Origin: Candidatus Micrarchaeia archaeon
GTDB lineage: Archaea > Micrarchaeota > Micrarchaeia > CABMEP01
Length of the DNA: 64,000 nucleotides
Assembly (NCBI GenBank): GCA_038881595.1
Contig: JAVZPM010000001.1
Span: 19,562 to 83,561 of the forward strand
Direction: 5' to 3'
The translations under genes were made by a program, and so were the position numbers. Within the stretch, counting starts at the first letter, position 1. Each line of letters begins with the position of its first letter. Positions 10,750-21,673 of the stretch are shown in pieces. Below the pieces are notes generated by a model. It worked only from the letters and a program-made list of their open reading frames with translations, did no database searches and was not told the DNA's origin.

Positions 10750-10886
10750 TATGATTTAAAATAAAAAGTAATAGTGGCATTAATAGGCAAAAATAGGCGA
10801 CCAGTGTATTGGAATTGAAAAATGGTTAAATTTAAAAGCATTAGATTTAAGATATTCATGGGGGCAGATTCAAAACAGGTGTATTC

Positions 10887-11636
10887 ATGGCGACCAAAAA
10901 TTTTATAAATGACGATGAAATAGATATCGAATTTAATCCTTCATCAATAGAACAGATAGAGGAATTAGTGAACAAGCCAACATGGAGAGAAATGCTCCTT
11001 GAAATAGTTGATTCGAATAACCTTGACCCTTGGAATATTGATATCTCTGTAGTTACAAACAGTTATATAGAAAAAATAAGAAAGATGAAAATTGATGACC
11101 TACATATTCCTGCTAATGTTATTCTTGCGGCATCTATACTTTTAAGATTTAAAGCACAGACATTCCAATTTGAAGAAACTGAACCTCCAATAGAAGAGGT
11201 GTATATTGAGGAAGGAATTGAATCTGCACCTTTAGAGATGATCCAACTAAGAATGAGAATGCAACCAAAAAGGGCAATAACGCTTCCTGATTTAATAAGC
11301 GCTCTTGAAGATGCAATAAAAATAGAAGTAAAAAGAGAAAAAGAAAGAATTGTTTTACCTACAGTACTTGAATTCAAACCACCTGAGTACGATATTGAAA
11401 AAGAAACTAAAAATGTGTACGAATATATATCTAAATACTGTGATGAAAACGGAATGATTTTATTTTCTGAATTACTTAAACTAATGAACAAAAAAGGACC
11501 GAAAGAAACAGTCCTTACACTCTTACCTTTATTACACCTTTGCCAAAAAAACAAAATTACAGTTGATCAAGAAGAATTTTTTGGAGATATAATCATACAG
11601 AAATTAGATCCTAATCTAGAATTTGAAGAAGAATAA
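10887..11636 (+). CDS. scpA: Segregation and condensation protein A (kleisin)
   Basis: LDPWNIDI, AASILLRFKA, LLPLLHL..Q.EFFGDI. Confidence 0.9.
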   Translation: MATKNFINDDEIDIEFNPSSIEQIEELVNKPTWREMLLEIVDSNNLDPWNIDISVVTNSYIEKIRKMKIDDLHIPANVILAASILLRFKAQTFQFEETEPPIEEVYIEEGIESAPLEMIQLRMRMQPKRAITLPDLISALEDAIKIEVKREKERIVLPTVLEFKPPEYDIEKETKNVYEYISKYCDENGMILFSELLKLMNKKGPKETVLTLLPLLHLCQKNKITVDQEEFFGDIIIQKLDPNLEFEEE

Positions 11637-11645
11637 GGTGCGATA

Positions 11646-12188
11646 ATGGAAGAAGAGACGACAGAGAAAAAACAAGAAGAGATAAAAGAAAAAGAAACAG
11701 AACAAGAAATGCTAGTTACCGATAATAATATTGCAAATTTAGAACAAAAAATAGAAGCAATATTATTCATGGCTGCAAAGGCAGTGAGTATCACTGATTT
11801 ACAGAAGCTTACAAATGCAGATCTCTATTCCATAAAAGAAGCGATTTCAAATCTTCAGCATTGGTATGCATCAAGGAAAAGCTGGCTGGAAATAGTAAAG
11901 GTTGACAAAAGTTATCTTATGAGATTAAAGCCAGAATACACTGAAATAGTTAGCCCAATTGTGCAGGAAACTGAACTATCGAAGCGTGCAATAAGAGTCT
12001 TAGCAGTAGTGGCAAAGAACAATGGGATATTGCAATCAAAAGTAGTAAAGATGCTTGGTACTTCTGTTTATGATGCTGTTGCAGAGCTTAAGCAGAAAGG
12101 ATATATTGTAACTGAAACAAAAGGCCACTCAAAGATACTAAAGCTTACACAAAAATTCAAGAACTACTTTGGAGAGATACCACTTTAA
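11646..12188 (+). CDS. scpB: Segregation and condensation protein B (kite)
   Basis: IEAILFMA, ELSKRAIRVLAVVA, T.KFKNYFG. Confidence 0.88.
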   Translation: MEEETTEKKQEEIKEKETEQEMLVTDNNIANLEQKIEAILFMAAKAVSITDLQKLTNADLYSIKEAISNLQHWYASRKSWLEIVKVDKSYLMRLKPEYTEIVSPIVQETELSKRAIRVLAVVAKNNGILQSKVVKMLGTSVYDAVAELKQKGYIVTETKGHSKILKLTQKFKNYFGEIPL

Positions 12189-12358
12189 CTATCTCAACTA
12201 ATAAATAAAGAAATAAAGAAGCTCAAAAATTAACAAATTAACAAATGAAAAAAGAAACAAAGCAAATTGAATCAAAAACGTTAAACTTTTATTTCATTCT
12301 CTTTAATATATAATTGACAACTATTGGTAACTGGATGATGAATATGGGTGAATCTTTA

Positions 12359-12973
12359 ATGAACAAAATTTGGATAATTGGCCTCATAATCTTTTCAGTG
12401 TTCATGTTTGGATGCTTGCAATCAAGTAAAACAACTACCCTTAATGCAGATGAGGTTAAGAAGTTTGTACTTGATGATCTAAATTCGAAATATCCAGATG
12501 CAGATATAAAAGAGATATTGGAAATGAAACCTGGTGAATCAAACAACACATGGCAGATCAAGACAAGGGTTACTTTTAACTACTCATCACCATGTCCAGT
12601 AAGAATGAATGTTTATTATGATTATCCAAGAAGAGGATTCATAGAAACCCCTCCAGAATATATAACTAAGAATTGCGAGGTCTGCAAAGGAATAGCAAAC
12701 TGCATACTTGGAACACCTGAGGAAGCAATAATCGCATCGCACACTCTTGAAGGAACAGATGTTGTGAGCAAATTTATAAACACATATTCAAATGCAAAGG
12801 CATCTGCTAAATTCTACTCAGAATATCTTGATCCAATAGAAAAGAAACCATACTCGGATGTCTGGATAGTAAAATGGACTTCAGAATCAACTAACTATGG
12901 ATTAATAGTAATGATAGCAAACACTGGAAAAGTGGTTGGAATAATCCAGGCAACAAAACAGGAAACGATCTAA
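12359..12973 (+). CDS. Putative lipoprotein
   Basis: MNKIWIIGLIIFSVFMFGC lipobox-like signal; GGGTGAA RBS before ATG 12359. Confidence 0.65.
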   Translation: MNKIWIIGLIIFSVFMFGCLQSSKTTTLNADEVKKFVLDDLNSKYPDADIKEILEMKPGESNNTWQIKTRVTFNYSSPCPVRMNVYYDYPRRGFIETPPEYITKNCEVCKGIANCILGTPEEAIIASHTLEGTDVVSKFINTYSNAKASAKFYSEYLDPIEKKPYSDVWIVKWTSESTNYGLIVMIANTGKVVGIIQATKQETI

Positions 12974-12984
12974 AAACATTTATT

Positions 12985-14382
12985 TTATTTTTTCAGCTTC
13001 TGTAGTATCAAATCCTTAACAACTTTTGAATCTGCTCTTCCTTTTGTCTCTTTTATTACTTGGCCTATAAGGAAGTGTAGTGTCTTCTCATTCCCGCTTA
13101 AGTAGTCCTGAACTGCTTTCTGCTGGGCTAAAAGGATTTTGTCTATTATCGTTTCGAGTTCAGAGGTGTTACTTATTTTAAGAAGATTAAGATCAGATGC
13201 AATCTTTGATGGATTTTCTTTTGTCTCTATCATCTTTATTAGAACTTGTTCTGTACCTCTGTCTGTAAGATCTCCTTTATAGAACATAATGAACAAGTCA
13301 GAAAGCCATTCTGAATTTAATCCTGAATCGATATATGAAAGATTCCTATAGTTCAACTGCTTTTTGAGCGGACCTCTTATCCAAGATGCAATTTTCTGAG
13401 CTTCTATTATAGTTCCCTTTGATTCCACCTTAAAGACCATCTCTTCAAAAAGCTTCGCTAGATTCATATCCATTGAAAGGATCCATGCGTCATCGCTCTT
13501 TATCTTATATTGGGTTTCAAATCTTGCAGCCTTGGCCCTTGGAAGCTCTGGCATTCCTTTTTTGATCTGTGATATTCTTTCTTCACTTATAATAATTGGT
13601 GGTACATCTGGATCTGGCATATACCTATAATCATCCTCTGTCTCTTTCTTTCTAAGAGATGTTGTTGTTCCTGTTGATTCATCGAAATGCCTTGTTTCTC
13701 TTACTATTGTACCGCCATGTCTAAGGATATTTTGCTGTCTTATGATTTCATAATTCAATGCATCATACACTCCCTTGAATGAGTTAATGTTTTTTATTTC
13801 TACCCTTGTTCCTCCATTGAGACTTATATTTGCATCTACTCTAAGAGAACCTGGCTCGTCTCTTCCAGCATCAAGGTAATTTAGAATAGCATCAAGTTCG
13901 TCTAGAAAATCCCTTGCATCTGCAGGAGATTTCATATCTGGCTCAGTAACAATTTCAATAAGAGGCACGTTTGCTCTATTGTAATCAACAGTTCCCTCCC
14001 TTAATTCATACCTTCCTGGATCCTCTTCTATGTGAATCTCCCTGATTCTTACTTTTCCAAGCATTCCATCCACGCCTATTGGTTTAGAAGTTCTCTGAAA
14101 TCCAGTGGGAAGATCTGGATAAAAGTAATGCTTTCTCTGAATTACTGAAGAATCAACAAATTTACAATTCAATGCTATACCTATCTTTAAAAGCTGATCC
14201 AAGGCATGAGAATTAAGTCCTAATGGCTTCGCACCTGGCTGCCCTGTGCATATTGGACATATGTTTGTATTTTCTGGTTTATCCCTGTAATCTGTTGGAC
14301 ATCTACAGAAAAGTTTGCTCTTTGTTTTAAGTTGTACATGAATTTCAAGTCCTATTACAATGTCCAAATTCTTTTCATTCAT
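12985..14382 (-). CDS. gatB: Asp-tRNA(Asn)/Glu-tRNA(Gln) amidotransferase subunit B
   Basis: IGLEIHVQL, RKHYFYPDLP, PLIEIVTEPD, YRYMPDPD. Confidence 0.97.
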   Translation of the reverse strand: MNEKNLDIVIGLEIHVQLKTKSKLFCRCPTDYRDKPENTNICPICTGQPGAKPLGLNSHALDQLLKIGIALNCKFVDSSVIQRKHYFYPDLPTGFQRTSKPIGVDGMLGKVRIREIHIEEDPGRYELREGTVDYNRANVPLIEIVTEPDMKSPADARDFLDELDAILNYLDAGRDEPGSLRVDANISLNGGTRVEIKNINSFKGVYDALNYEIIRQQNILRHGGTIVRETRHFDESTGTTTSLRKKETEDDYRYMPDPDVPPIIISEERISQIKKGMPELPRAKAARFETQYKIKSDDAWILSMDMNLAKLFEEMVFKVESKGTIIEAQKIASWIRGPLKKQLNYRNLSYIDSGLNSEWLSDLFIMFYKGDLTDRGTEQVLIKMIETKENPSKIASDLNLLKISNTSELETIIDKILLAQQKAVQDYLSGNEKTLHFLIGQVIKETKGRADSKVVKDLILQKLKK

Positions 14383-14393
14383 TTTATCACTTT

Positions 14394-15725
14394 TTATGCA
14401 ATGTTAAATAAAGCATCGTCTTCAAAGTGTCTTCCATGATACTGGATTGCACCATCGAAAATATTTTGTGAAAGTGGAGATACGATTGCTGGAAGACCTG
14501 TAAGATTTGCTGCTATTGTCAATGTATCTGCTGCATACATTTCTAATGGATTCATTTTTTCTCCGAACTTCCATGGTGGAGTTGGCATTGCAGGCCCTGC
14601 AAGAATATCAACCTCTTTCATTACTCTAGAAAATTCTAATTTCATTTTCTCTCTCGCTTTAAGAGCTCTGCTATACCATGCATCCTTGAATTCCTTCATT
14701 GTGATGTATGTACCTATCATTATCCTTCTTTTTATCTCTTTTCCAAATGCTGCTCCTCTTGCTTTAGAGAACGCAGAATAAAGATCTTCATTTCTATCTG
14801 CAGAATAACCATATCTTAAACCATCAAATTTCTGAAGTGCTGAAGACAGCTCTGCTGCCATAACTAATTGATAAATAGGGACTGTGTAATTTAAAGTTGG
14901 AATCGATACCTCTATGATTTCAAAATCAGATTCAAGTTGTTTTATTTTATCTCTTACTGCCTTTTCTATCCTTGGATCAATTGAACTAAAGAACTCTTTA
15001 GGAATTCCTATCCTTTTTATATCTGCTATTTGCTTTTCTTTTGATATCATTTTATCTGCAAGCTGTGTTGTCTGGTCATAAGCATCTGTTCCTCTTATTA
15101 CATGGAAAACCTTTCTCATCACTTCCTTATCCTTTGATATTATGCCTATCTGATCTAAAGACATGGCCATATCAACAAGACCATACCTGGAAACCATCCC
15201 ATAAGTTGGTTTAAGACCGTATGAATTACAAAATGCAGCGGGGCATCTGACTGAGCCACCTGTATCGCTTCCAAGCGCTGCATCACAGAAGCCTGCTGCC
15301 ACTGCTGCTCCACTACCGGAAGAAGAACCACCCGGCACCCTTTCTAAATCTAACGGGTTCTTTGTTATTTTTAATGCGCTGAATGTTCCATCACTACCAC
15401 ATGCAAATTCATCCATATTTAATGAACCTATGATTACTGCATCTGCATTCAATAGTTTTTCTACAACAGTTGCATTGTAGGTTGCTTTGTGTCCTCTGAG
15501 CATATTTGAACCACAGGTAAGCAACTTTCCCTTGTAGGCTATGTTGTTCTTTATTCCAATTATAAGACCTGCAAGAGGACCTGCATTTCCTTCATTAATT
15601 TTTTTGTCTATTCTTCTTGCTGCCTCTATTGCTTCATTCGAATATACTTCTATAAATGCATTTATTTCCTTATCCTTCTTTTCTATAAGTTCAAGTCTCT
15701 TATAGACAATCTCTTCTACTGACAT
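14394..15725 (-). CDS. gatA: Amidotransferase subunit A
   Basis: Amidase signature PGGSSSGS, GSDTGGSVRCPA. Confidence 0.96.
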   Translation of the reverse strand: MSVEEIVYKRLELIEKKDKEINAFIEVYSNEAIEAARRIDKKINEGNAGPLAGLIIGIKNNIAYKGKLLTCGSNMLRGHKATYNATVVEKLLNADAVIIGSLNMDEFACGSDGTFSALKITKNPLDLERVPGGSSSGSGAAVAAGFCDAALGSDTGGSVRCPAAFCNSYGLKPTYGMVSRYGLVDMAMSLDQIGIISKDKEVMRKVFHVIRGTDAYDQTTQLADKMISKEKQIADIKRIGIPKEFFSSIDPRIEKAVRDKIKQLESDFEIIEVSIPTLNYTVPIYQLVMAAELSSALQKFDGLRYGYSADRNEDLYSAFSKARGAAFGKEIKRRIMIGTYITMKEFKDAWYSRALKAREKMKLEFSRVMKEVDILAGPAMPTPPWKFGEKMNPLEMYAADTLTIAANLTGLPAIVSPLSQNIFDGAIQYHGRHFEDDALFNIA

Positions 15726-15745
15726 ACAATCACGCTAAGAATTAA

Positions 15746-16036
15746 TTATTTTAGAGATTTAGGAACCACAAGGATATTACCTTCTCTCTTTGTAAATTCA
15801 GACCTTATCATCTCCTTTGTGTCCTCATCTTGTTCCTTTACTTCATCATCTCTTAGTGAATTTGAAATTCCGTGCATATAGCTTGTTTTTTCTTCAACTT
15901 CTTCTATATCTATTTCTTGAACTTTTCCGAAATATGCAAGAAGCATGTCCATCTCATTGCAAAGACTCTTTAATTCTTCATCAGAAAGTTTGATTCTTGC
16001 AACCTGTGATATCTGTTTTACATTTTCCTGATCCAT
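15746..16036 (-). CDS. gatC: Amidotransferase subunit C
   Basis: QVARIKL, LRDDEV, VPK; upstream of gatA. Confidence 0.88.
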   Translation of the reverse strand: MDQENVKQISQVARIKLSDEELKSLCNEMDMLLAYFGKVQEIDIEEVEEKTSYMHGISNSLRDDEVKEQDEDTKEMIRSEFTKREGNILVVPKSLK

Positions 16037-16171
16037 AATCACACCAAAAATATTTTATTAGAAAACATATAATAATAGAGATAAAGGAATATAACTCTTT
16101 CTTGAAATCTAAATGTATTTTTCTATCCGATTGCGATTTGTTTATGAACTTGTTGTAAAGATGTTTTAATA

Positions 16172-17539
16172 TCATGGTATGTTTCTCTTTTTCAAGTATT
16201 CAAAGAGAAACTGAGTGTAATTCTTCTTTATCTTTGATATATCTATTATCTTGGCTGATTTAATTACTTTCCTTATGTCTGGGGGAACGCCATTCTCATC
16301 TGGATTAGAAAGTATATGTTCTAAAAGTTGCTTGACATGAGTGAATCTTCTCTCACCTACTGCCAATATCCTGTCTTCCTCAAACCATATTGGCTCTGTC
16401 ACCTTATGCTGCCTTATGAACTTATCCACATATTCCCTTTGGGATAATGGAGGACCCAATATCTTTTTCATTTTTGGAAGAGAGTATATTGAGAACTCGC
16501 AGAGAAACATGCATTTTCCATTTGCATACTCGTCAATGTCAAAAACCTCAAAATCATGCTCCTCTGATTTAGACCTTATTTTGTTTGCAAATTTGTACAT
16601 CTGGGGCCATAAAATATCTTCAACTACTTTTGGCCTATCAAATTCTATTCCTAAGAATAAAGAATCTCTTAATTTAAGTTGCTTGTCTATCCATTTTTTA
16701 TCTATTTTTTCTTGCGATGGCAAAAATGCATTTATTGAAGGCTTGTTTAAGAATATCGAAGCTGCATATGAGAAAACTGTAAGCGATGTCTTAGAAACCG
16801 AAGCTGCAACATTTCTATTTGGATCGACCGGATCTAAAACTATCATTGCAGCATCGCTAAACTTTTTCTTAAGCTCTTCCTCATTCACTGGCTCGTTGCT
16901 TAATGTTATTATCGGCATTGATTTCATATTTGCGAAGGCATCTAATACATTCAAAAAGTTTCCATATCTTAGAACCAATAATTCACAAAGATATCCGCTG
17001 AAGCCTCTTATTCTGCCTTCTGCACCATATATCTTTTGCGTTTTCAAAAACCTTTTGAGAAGCCTAACATCATCTCTTTGAGAATCTGTTATTTTTGAAT
17101 TTATGAATTTGGTGTGAAGCGGAGACCTGTCTACTGCTGTAAGCATCTCTGAAACATCCTCTATCTTATATGAAGGAACAATGTCTACCTCTACACCTTC
17201 CACCCATGTTCTTACATATGGGTGCTGTGCATAGGCAATCTCATATTTTCTTCCCTTGCAGAATTTCTTACTGTATTTCATTGCAAGAGTAAGCATATCT
17301 TTCAATGAATAGTCTTTTGAAAAAAGCATGAAAACATCAAAATCCATGTCACCTTTCAGATTTGTTCCTTTTGCTGTAGAACCAACAAGCTCTATTGAAA
17401 CATCTTTTGGTGTAATCCTATCTAATTCTGAAACTATTTTCATTGCTATTTCTCTTTGCTTTGCCTGTTCTTTCTCTGAAGGTTTAATCTTTTTTAATAC
17501 CTTAGCAAAAATCTTACTGTATCTATCGCTTATGAACAT
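16172..17539 (-). CDS. cca: Archaeal (class I) CCA-adding enzyme
   Basis: VGSTAKGTNL..D.DFDVF, YAQHPY, VDRSPLH, GFSGYLCELL, DPVDPNRNVA. Confidence 0.95.
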   Translation of the reverse strand: MFISDRYSKIFAKVLKKIKPSEKEQAKQREIAMKIVSELDRITPKDVSIELVGSTAKGTNLKGDMDFDVFMLFSKDYSLKDMLTLAMKYSKKFCKGRKYEIAYAQHPYVRTWVEGVEVDIVPSYKIEDVSEMLTAVDRSPLHTKFINSKITDSQRDDVRLLKRFLKTQKIYGAEGRIRGFSGYLCELLVLRYGNFLNVLDAFANMKSMPIITLSNEPVNEEELKKKFSDAAMIVLDPVDPNRNVAASVSKTSLTVFSYAASIFLNKPSINAFLPSQEKIDKKWIDKQLKLRDSLFLGIEFDRPKVVEDILWPQMYKFANKIRSKSEEHDFEVFDIDEYANGKCMFLCEFSIYSLPKMKKILGPPLSQREYVDKFIRQHKVTEPIWFEEDRILAVGERRFTHVKQLLEHILSNPDENGVPPDIRKVIKSAKIIDISKIKKNYTQFLFEYLKKRNIP

Positions 17540-17591
17540 CAAACCACTATCTTTCACTTCTCAATATACTGTCTGCTATTAATAGCAGAAA

Positions 17592-18272
17592 TTATCTTGA
17601 TAAATTATCTAGTCTTTCAATTATTGAATTCAATTTACCTTGGAATAATTCAGAGGCTGATATTTTCATCTTAACCGTTCCACTGCTTGGTAAGGTATAA
17701 TTTATTTTCAATGTTTCGCTTTGCGGAATTGCAGATGTGTTTGTTGTGATGCTTCCGAATACAGTTAACTTTCCTTCCCATGGAATTGAAACTGGGAGAC
17801 CATAAACCGGCAATACAACATTTATTGTGCCTTTAGTTTCTATCTCTTGAGATGGGATAGGAATTGAAAATGGTGAAAGTACCTGGTTTAATGGAACTGA
17901 TGATTGCAAGGAATGCGGTTGATCAAATTGTGTGTTAAGTTCAATCGTAGATCTACTGAATTCCTTAAGATCAGATGATATTGCTCTAAGTTCAGATTTC
18001 AGTGATGCTATTGACATCATTGTAATTACACTAAGAACAAGAGATACTATTGCTACTACAGCTACGATAACGAATAAAACATTGTTTATCTGTGTTTCCT
18101 TAGCTTGAACAGGTTTGCTTATCTTCTGCTCTATTCTCTGTTCTTCTTTTCTTTCCTCCTTTGGTTTTTCTGGTTTCTTTGGTGAAACTATCCTTTCAGG
18201 AGGGAGTATTACTACTCCTTTTCCTAAGTCTACCTCTCTCTTTGGTGCGCTAGGATACTCTTCTTCCGCCAT
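17592..18272 (-). CDS. Single-pass membrane protein, hypothetical
   Basis: Charged N-terminus, one TM helix, soluble C-terminal domain. Confidence 0.6.
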   Translation of the reverse strand: MAEEEYPSAPKREVDLGKGVVILPPERIVSPKKPEKPKEERKEEQRIEQKISKPVQAKETQINNVLFVIVAVVAIVSLVLSVITMMSIASLKSELRAISSDLKEFSRSTIELNTQFDQPHSLQSSVPLNQVLSPFSIPIPSQEIETKGTINVVLPVYGLPVSIPWEGKLTVFGSITTNTSAIPQSETLKINYTLPSSGTVKMKISASELFQGKLNSIIERLDNLSR

Positions 18273-18333
18273 AAACTAATTATATAGAGACAGATTTAAA
18301 TTAGTTTTCAATTTAATCGTTCTTGCTGTGTAA

Positions 18334-19527
18334 TTAAAGAAGTATCAGAATTGAAGGAATAATAAGGAATGCCATAAGATTCGTTCTTCTCACTCCAAGA
18401 AGTGGGGGTAATAGCCCAATGAATGTTGCGAGAATACATGTGAGTAATCCGAAGACACCTGAAAATAGAAATACGGATAATATAAGGAAAATTAGTACTG
18501 AAAAACTGATCAATCTCTGATCTATCTTGTTTATTGCAGAAATGAAAATTTCTGAAAACCCCAATAAAAGCAGAATTCCTATAATAGTTCCAACAAAATA
18601 AAATGCAATAAACCAGATAAGCAATGTTACATTAACATCACTAATTAGTTGATTGATATTGACTAATGTACCTGTCCTTGCCTTTCCTATCCGTTCTAAG
18701 GCAACAATTGAATTTGCATAGTGGCTAATTGTAATAGAAGTAGTTGAAGAAAGAAAAAGAAGCGGATTGCCTGCAAACGGAGATACAAACGTTGCTAATT
18801 GAGCTGGAGAATTTATTGCAGGAAATAGGTCAGCTACAGCACCGATCAATGAAGAGAGCAAAATTATAATTATAAAGCTCTTGCCTATCTCTATCTTATA
18901 TGATTCATTTCTCTGCTCTGGAATTAATGATTTTTCATTAAAAGACAAAATAATACTACTTAATGCAAAGAAACCTACAAAGACTGCAAATAAAGATTCC
19001 TGAAGAAGAGATGATATTGATGTTGAAAGAATCAGATAACCGAAAAAACCTGAAATTAGAAAAACAAATAATGACTCTTTTATCTTCTTCTCCTGTAGCA
19101 GGAAAAAAACTGAAAAAAGTATCAAGATATAAGCTAGATATGGTTTGATAACAGGAAATAATAAAGGAAGAAATATGTAAGCCAATGGAATGATAAATAC
19201 AAGAAAGAGAAGAGTTAGGAGCGCGGAAATAGCACACACCAAAACAGCAAGCCTTCCTTTTCCATTTAAAACCAATTTCTGAGCGGGAAGTATTGAAAGC
19301 ACTGAGTCTGAGTCGGGTATAAAAAGAAATATTGCTGGAAGAAGCGCAACCATATTGTTTACTGCAGCTGTAATTATTATGATTGCAGCCAATTCAAAAT
19401 TATCTTGTACATTAAGATTAGAAATTATTTGGGATATTGTATTTGGATGTATTCCAGGAATTAACCCTGCTAGTGAACCTAAAATAATACCAAATATAAA
19501 TGTTGAAATCAAACTCAATTCATCCAT
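18334..19527 (-). CDS. TctA-family (tripartite tricarboxylate transporter-like) permease
   Basis: GLIPGIHPN, SILPAQKLVL.GKG, GVRRTNLM; polytopic. Confidence 0.82.
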   Translation of the reverse strand: MDELSLISTFIFGIILGSLAGLIPGIHPNTISQIISNLNVQDNFELAAIIIITAAVNNMVALLPAIFLFIPDSDSVLSILPAQKLVLNGKGRLAVLVCAISALLTLLFLVFIIPLAYIFLPLLFPVIKPYLAYILILFSVFFLLQEKKIKESLFVFLISGFFGYLILSTSISSLLQESLFAVFVGFFALSSIILSFNEKSLIPEQRNESYKIEIGKSFIIIILLSSLIGAVADLFPAINSPAQLATFVSPFAGNPLLFLSSTTSITISHYANSIVALERIGKARTGTLVNINQLISDVNVTLLIWFIAFYFVGTIIGILLLLGFSEIFISAINKIDQRLISFSVLIFLILSVFLFSGVFGLLTCILATFIGLLPPLLGVRRTNLMAFLIIPSILILL

Positions 19528-19574
19528 TACATCACATAGAATAAATATTTCATAGAATCAATTTATTTGAACTA

Positions 19575-20129
19575 TTATCTTATCAAAGCTATATCCTTTG
19601 ATTGAACATAAAGAAAGGATCTATTGCTAAACTTTTTGACGGAACCAACGACATAGACATAGTCGCCTTCAGTAAGAAAGATGGGGATCGTGCCTTGTGA
19701 AACTATGATATTTATACATTCAGAATTCTTCTTGACTTGCGAATCACATAACTTAAAGTTGTTTGAATTTATATCAAAAACAAATCCAGCTACTTTGACA
19801 TATGCACCATCATGTATGGAACTAATTCCAGATACAGATATAATTTTTGGAGAAATGAACATTGATAGAATAAAAAGAGATAATATGCCGATTATAGAGA
19901 AGATAATTGAAATATTTAGAAGGTTTTCTCTTGATACAGAAGGAATTTTTAGGAAAATGTTGTATTTTGATTCTCTTTTATTAAGATCTTTTGAATGTTG
20001 TTTTTCTGAACGCTGAGTTTTTTTAGAATGTTCATTCAAAGAAAATTTGTTAGATAGGATACTAGATAAGAATCTTTCTAGATTCCTTCTAAATGTAAAC
20101 ACTTTTCTTGAAATCGCATCCATTGCCAT
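19575..20129 (-). CDS. Membrane-anchored OB-fold-like protein
   Basis: TM helix followed by VKVAGFV and GDYVYVVGSV strands. Confidence 0.55.
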   Translation of the reverse strand: MAMDAISRKVFTFRRNLERFLSSILSNKFSLNEHSKKTQRSEKQHSKDLNKRESKYNIFLKIPSVSRENLLNISIIFSIIGILSLFILSMFISPKIISVSGISSIHDGAYVKVAGFVFDINSNNFKLCDSQVKKNSECINIIVSQGTIPIFLTEGDYVYVVGSVKKFSNRSFLYVQSKDIALIR

Positions 20130-20202
20130 AAAAACACAAAAGATATGATAAACACATAATAAAATATTTGTTATTGCGTTTTTCTTTGCTATACTTATTG
20201 AT

Positions 20203-21174
20203 TTAATTTTCCTCATAAGAGGAAGCGACTATGTATGCAAGCAAAGCCTCTAGCTGTATCCTTTCATTTGCCCCTTCTGTTATTCTAAAATCGAATTCTC
20301 CAACTCTGTCTACTAATTTAACCTTCTGCTGTATAGACAATGCCTTTCTATTTATTATATCCTTATGGATTGCTGCCAGTATGTCCTGGCCGTTTATTCC
20401 ATGATTTATAAGAAGATCGTAAAGAATTGTCCTTGCCTCATTAAACTTGCCTGCAAACGCATAATCTAACATACGACCTATATCCATGGGCCTTGCAGTT
20501 GCAACAAAAGAATATACTGAATTCTCATCTATGTCTTTTGATGTTAACGAAATTGATTGAAGAATATTTATCGCCTTTCTCATGTCTCCTTCTGACACAT
20601 CAATCAATGCGTCATTAGCCTTATCACTTAAATTCAATCCTTCTGCTTCAGCTATCTTGGCAACTGCTTTTTTAATTTCTTCTTTTGAAAGAGGCTTGAA
20701 CCTGAATACTGCACATCTGCTTTGAATAGGCTCGATTATCTTTCCAGACCAGTTGCAGCTCAGGATAAAACGTGTTGTAGATGAATACATTTCCATGGTC
20801 CTTCTTAATGCCTGCTGAGCTTCCGGTGTCAATGCATCAGCCTCATCAAGAAATATTATCTTAAATGGAACGCCGCTTATTGGAGCTGTCCTTGCAAAAT
20901 CTTTTATCTGACCTCTAACTACATCTATTCCTCTAGCATCGCTTGCGTTTAATTCAAGAATATTGTGTCTGTAGTCATCTCCGTAAAGTTCTCGTGCCAA
21001 TGCCAATGCGCATGTAGTTTTTCCTGTGCCTGCTGGTCCAGCAAATAAAAGATGAGGCATATTGTATGTCTTTGCATACTCTGAAAGCTTTGAAACTACC
21101 TCTGTCTGTCCCACTATATCTGAAAGCTTCTTAGGCCTATACAACTCAACCCAAGGAATATATTTTTCTTCCAT
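20203..21174 (-). CDS. rfcS: Replication factor C small subunit
   Basis: PWVELYRP, GPAGTGKT, ELNASDARG, LDEAD, IQSRC; no intein. Confidence 0.96.
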   Translation of the reverse strand: MEEKYIPWVELYRPKKLSDIVGQTEVVSKLSEYAKTYNMPHLLFAGPAGTGKTTCALALARELYGDDYRHNILELNASDARGIDVVRGQIKDFARTAPISGVPFKIIFLDEADALTPEAQQALRRTMEMYSSTTRFILSCNWSGKIIEPIQSRCAVFRFKPLSKEEIKKAVAKIAEAEGLNLSDKANDALIDVSEGDMRKAINILQSISLTSKDIDENSVYSFVATARPMDIGRMLDYAFAGKFNEARTILYDLLINHGINGQDILAAIHKDIINRKALSIQQKVKLVDRVGEFDFRITEGANERIQLEALLAYIVASSYEEN

Positions 21175-21333
21175 AAAACCACAAATAATAGAGATATAAT
21201 TCCATAAGTAATAATATTCTTTAACTCTTTTTAACCCACACAATAGATATATAATATAAAAATACTTAAATAAGTTTTGGACATATAATTAATCTAGAAT
21301 GTGCTAATTCTAAGCATATTTAGGGATGAGAAA

Positions 21334-21660
21334 ATGAGATTTATGCTGCTTTCACTAAACATCATAATAATGGTTGCACTAGGAGTTTATTTATTAAATA
21401 TATTTTCAGTAAATGAATTAGGAATAAATGGAATTGGCTTAATAGTTATCTCTTCATTAGCAATCACAATGTTTGCAAATTATTTAATAGAAGAGAGATA
21501 TGTATCTAACCCATTATTTTTCATCTTGCCTGGGCTTGCTGCTTCCGTAATTTCTGTATTGGCTACAAAGGGATTATCTATAATTACAATAATAGCAATA
21601 CTTTTCATAGTACCTGGTTTAGTTATGTTAATAAGAGATAAATCTAAAAGCAAGGAATAA
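21334..21660 (+). CDS. Small integral membrane protein
   Basis: About four hydrophobic helices; upstream of ileS. Confidence 0.55.
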   Translation: MRFMLLSLNIIIMVALGVYLLNIFSVNELGINGIGLIVISSLAITMFANYLIEERYVSNPLFFILPGLAASVISVLATKGLSIITIIAILFIVPGLVMLIRDKSKSKE

Positions 21661-21673
21661 AACAAGTGGTTTT

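Noticed and set aside
16341..17081. 246-aa plus-strand ORF and similar antisense ORFs (e.g. 11063-11554, 23860-24300, 47109-47516, 53465-53908)
   Set aside because: Shadow frames opposite well-supported genes, with no recognisable motifs
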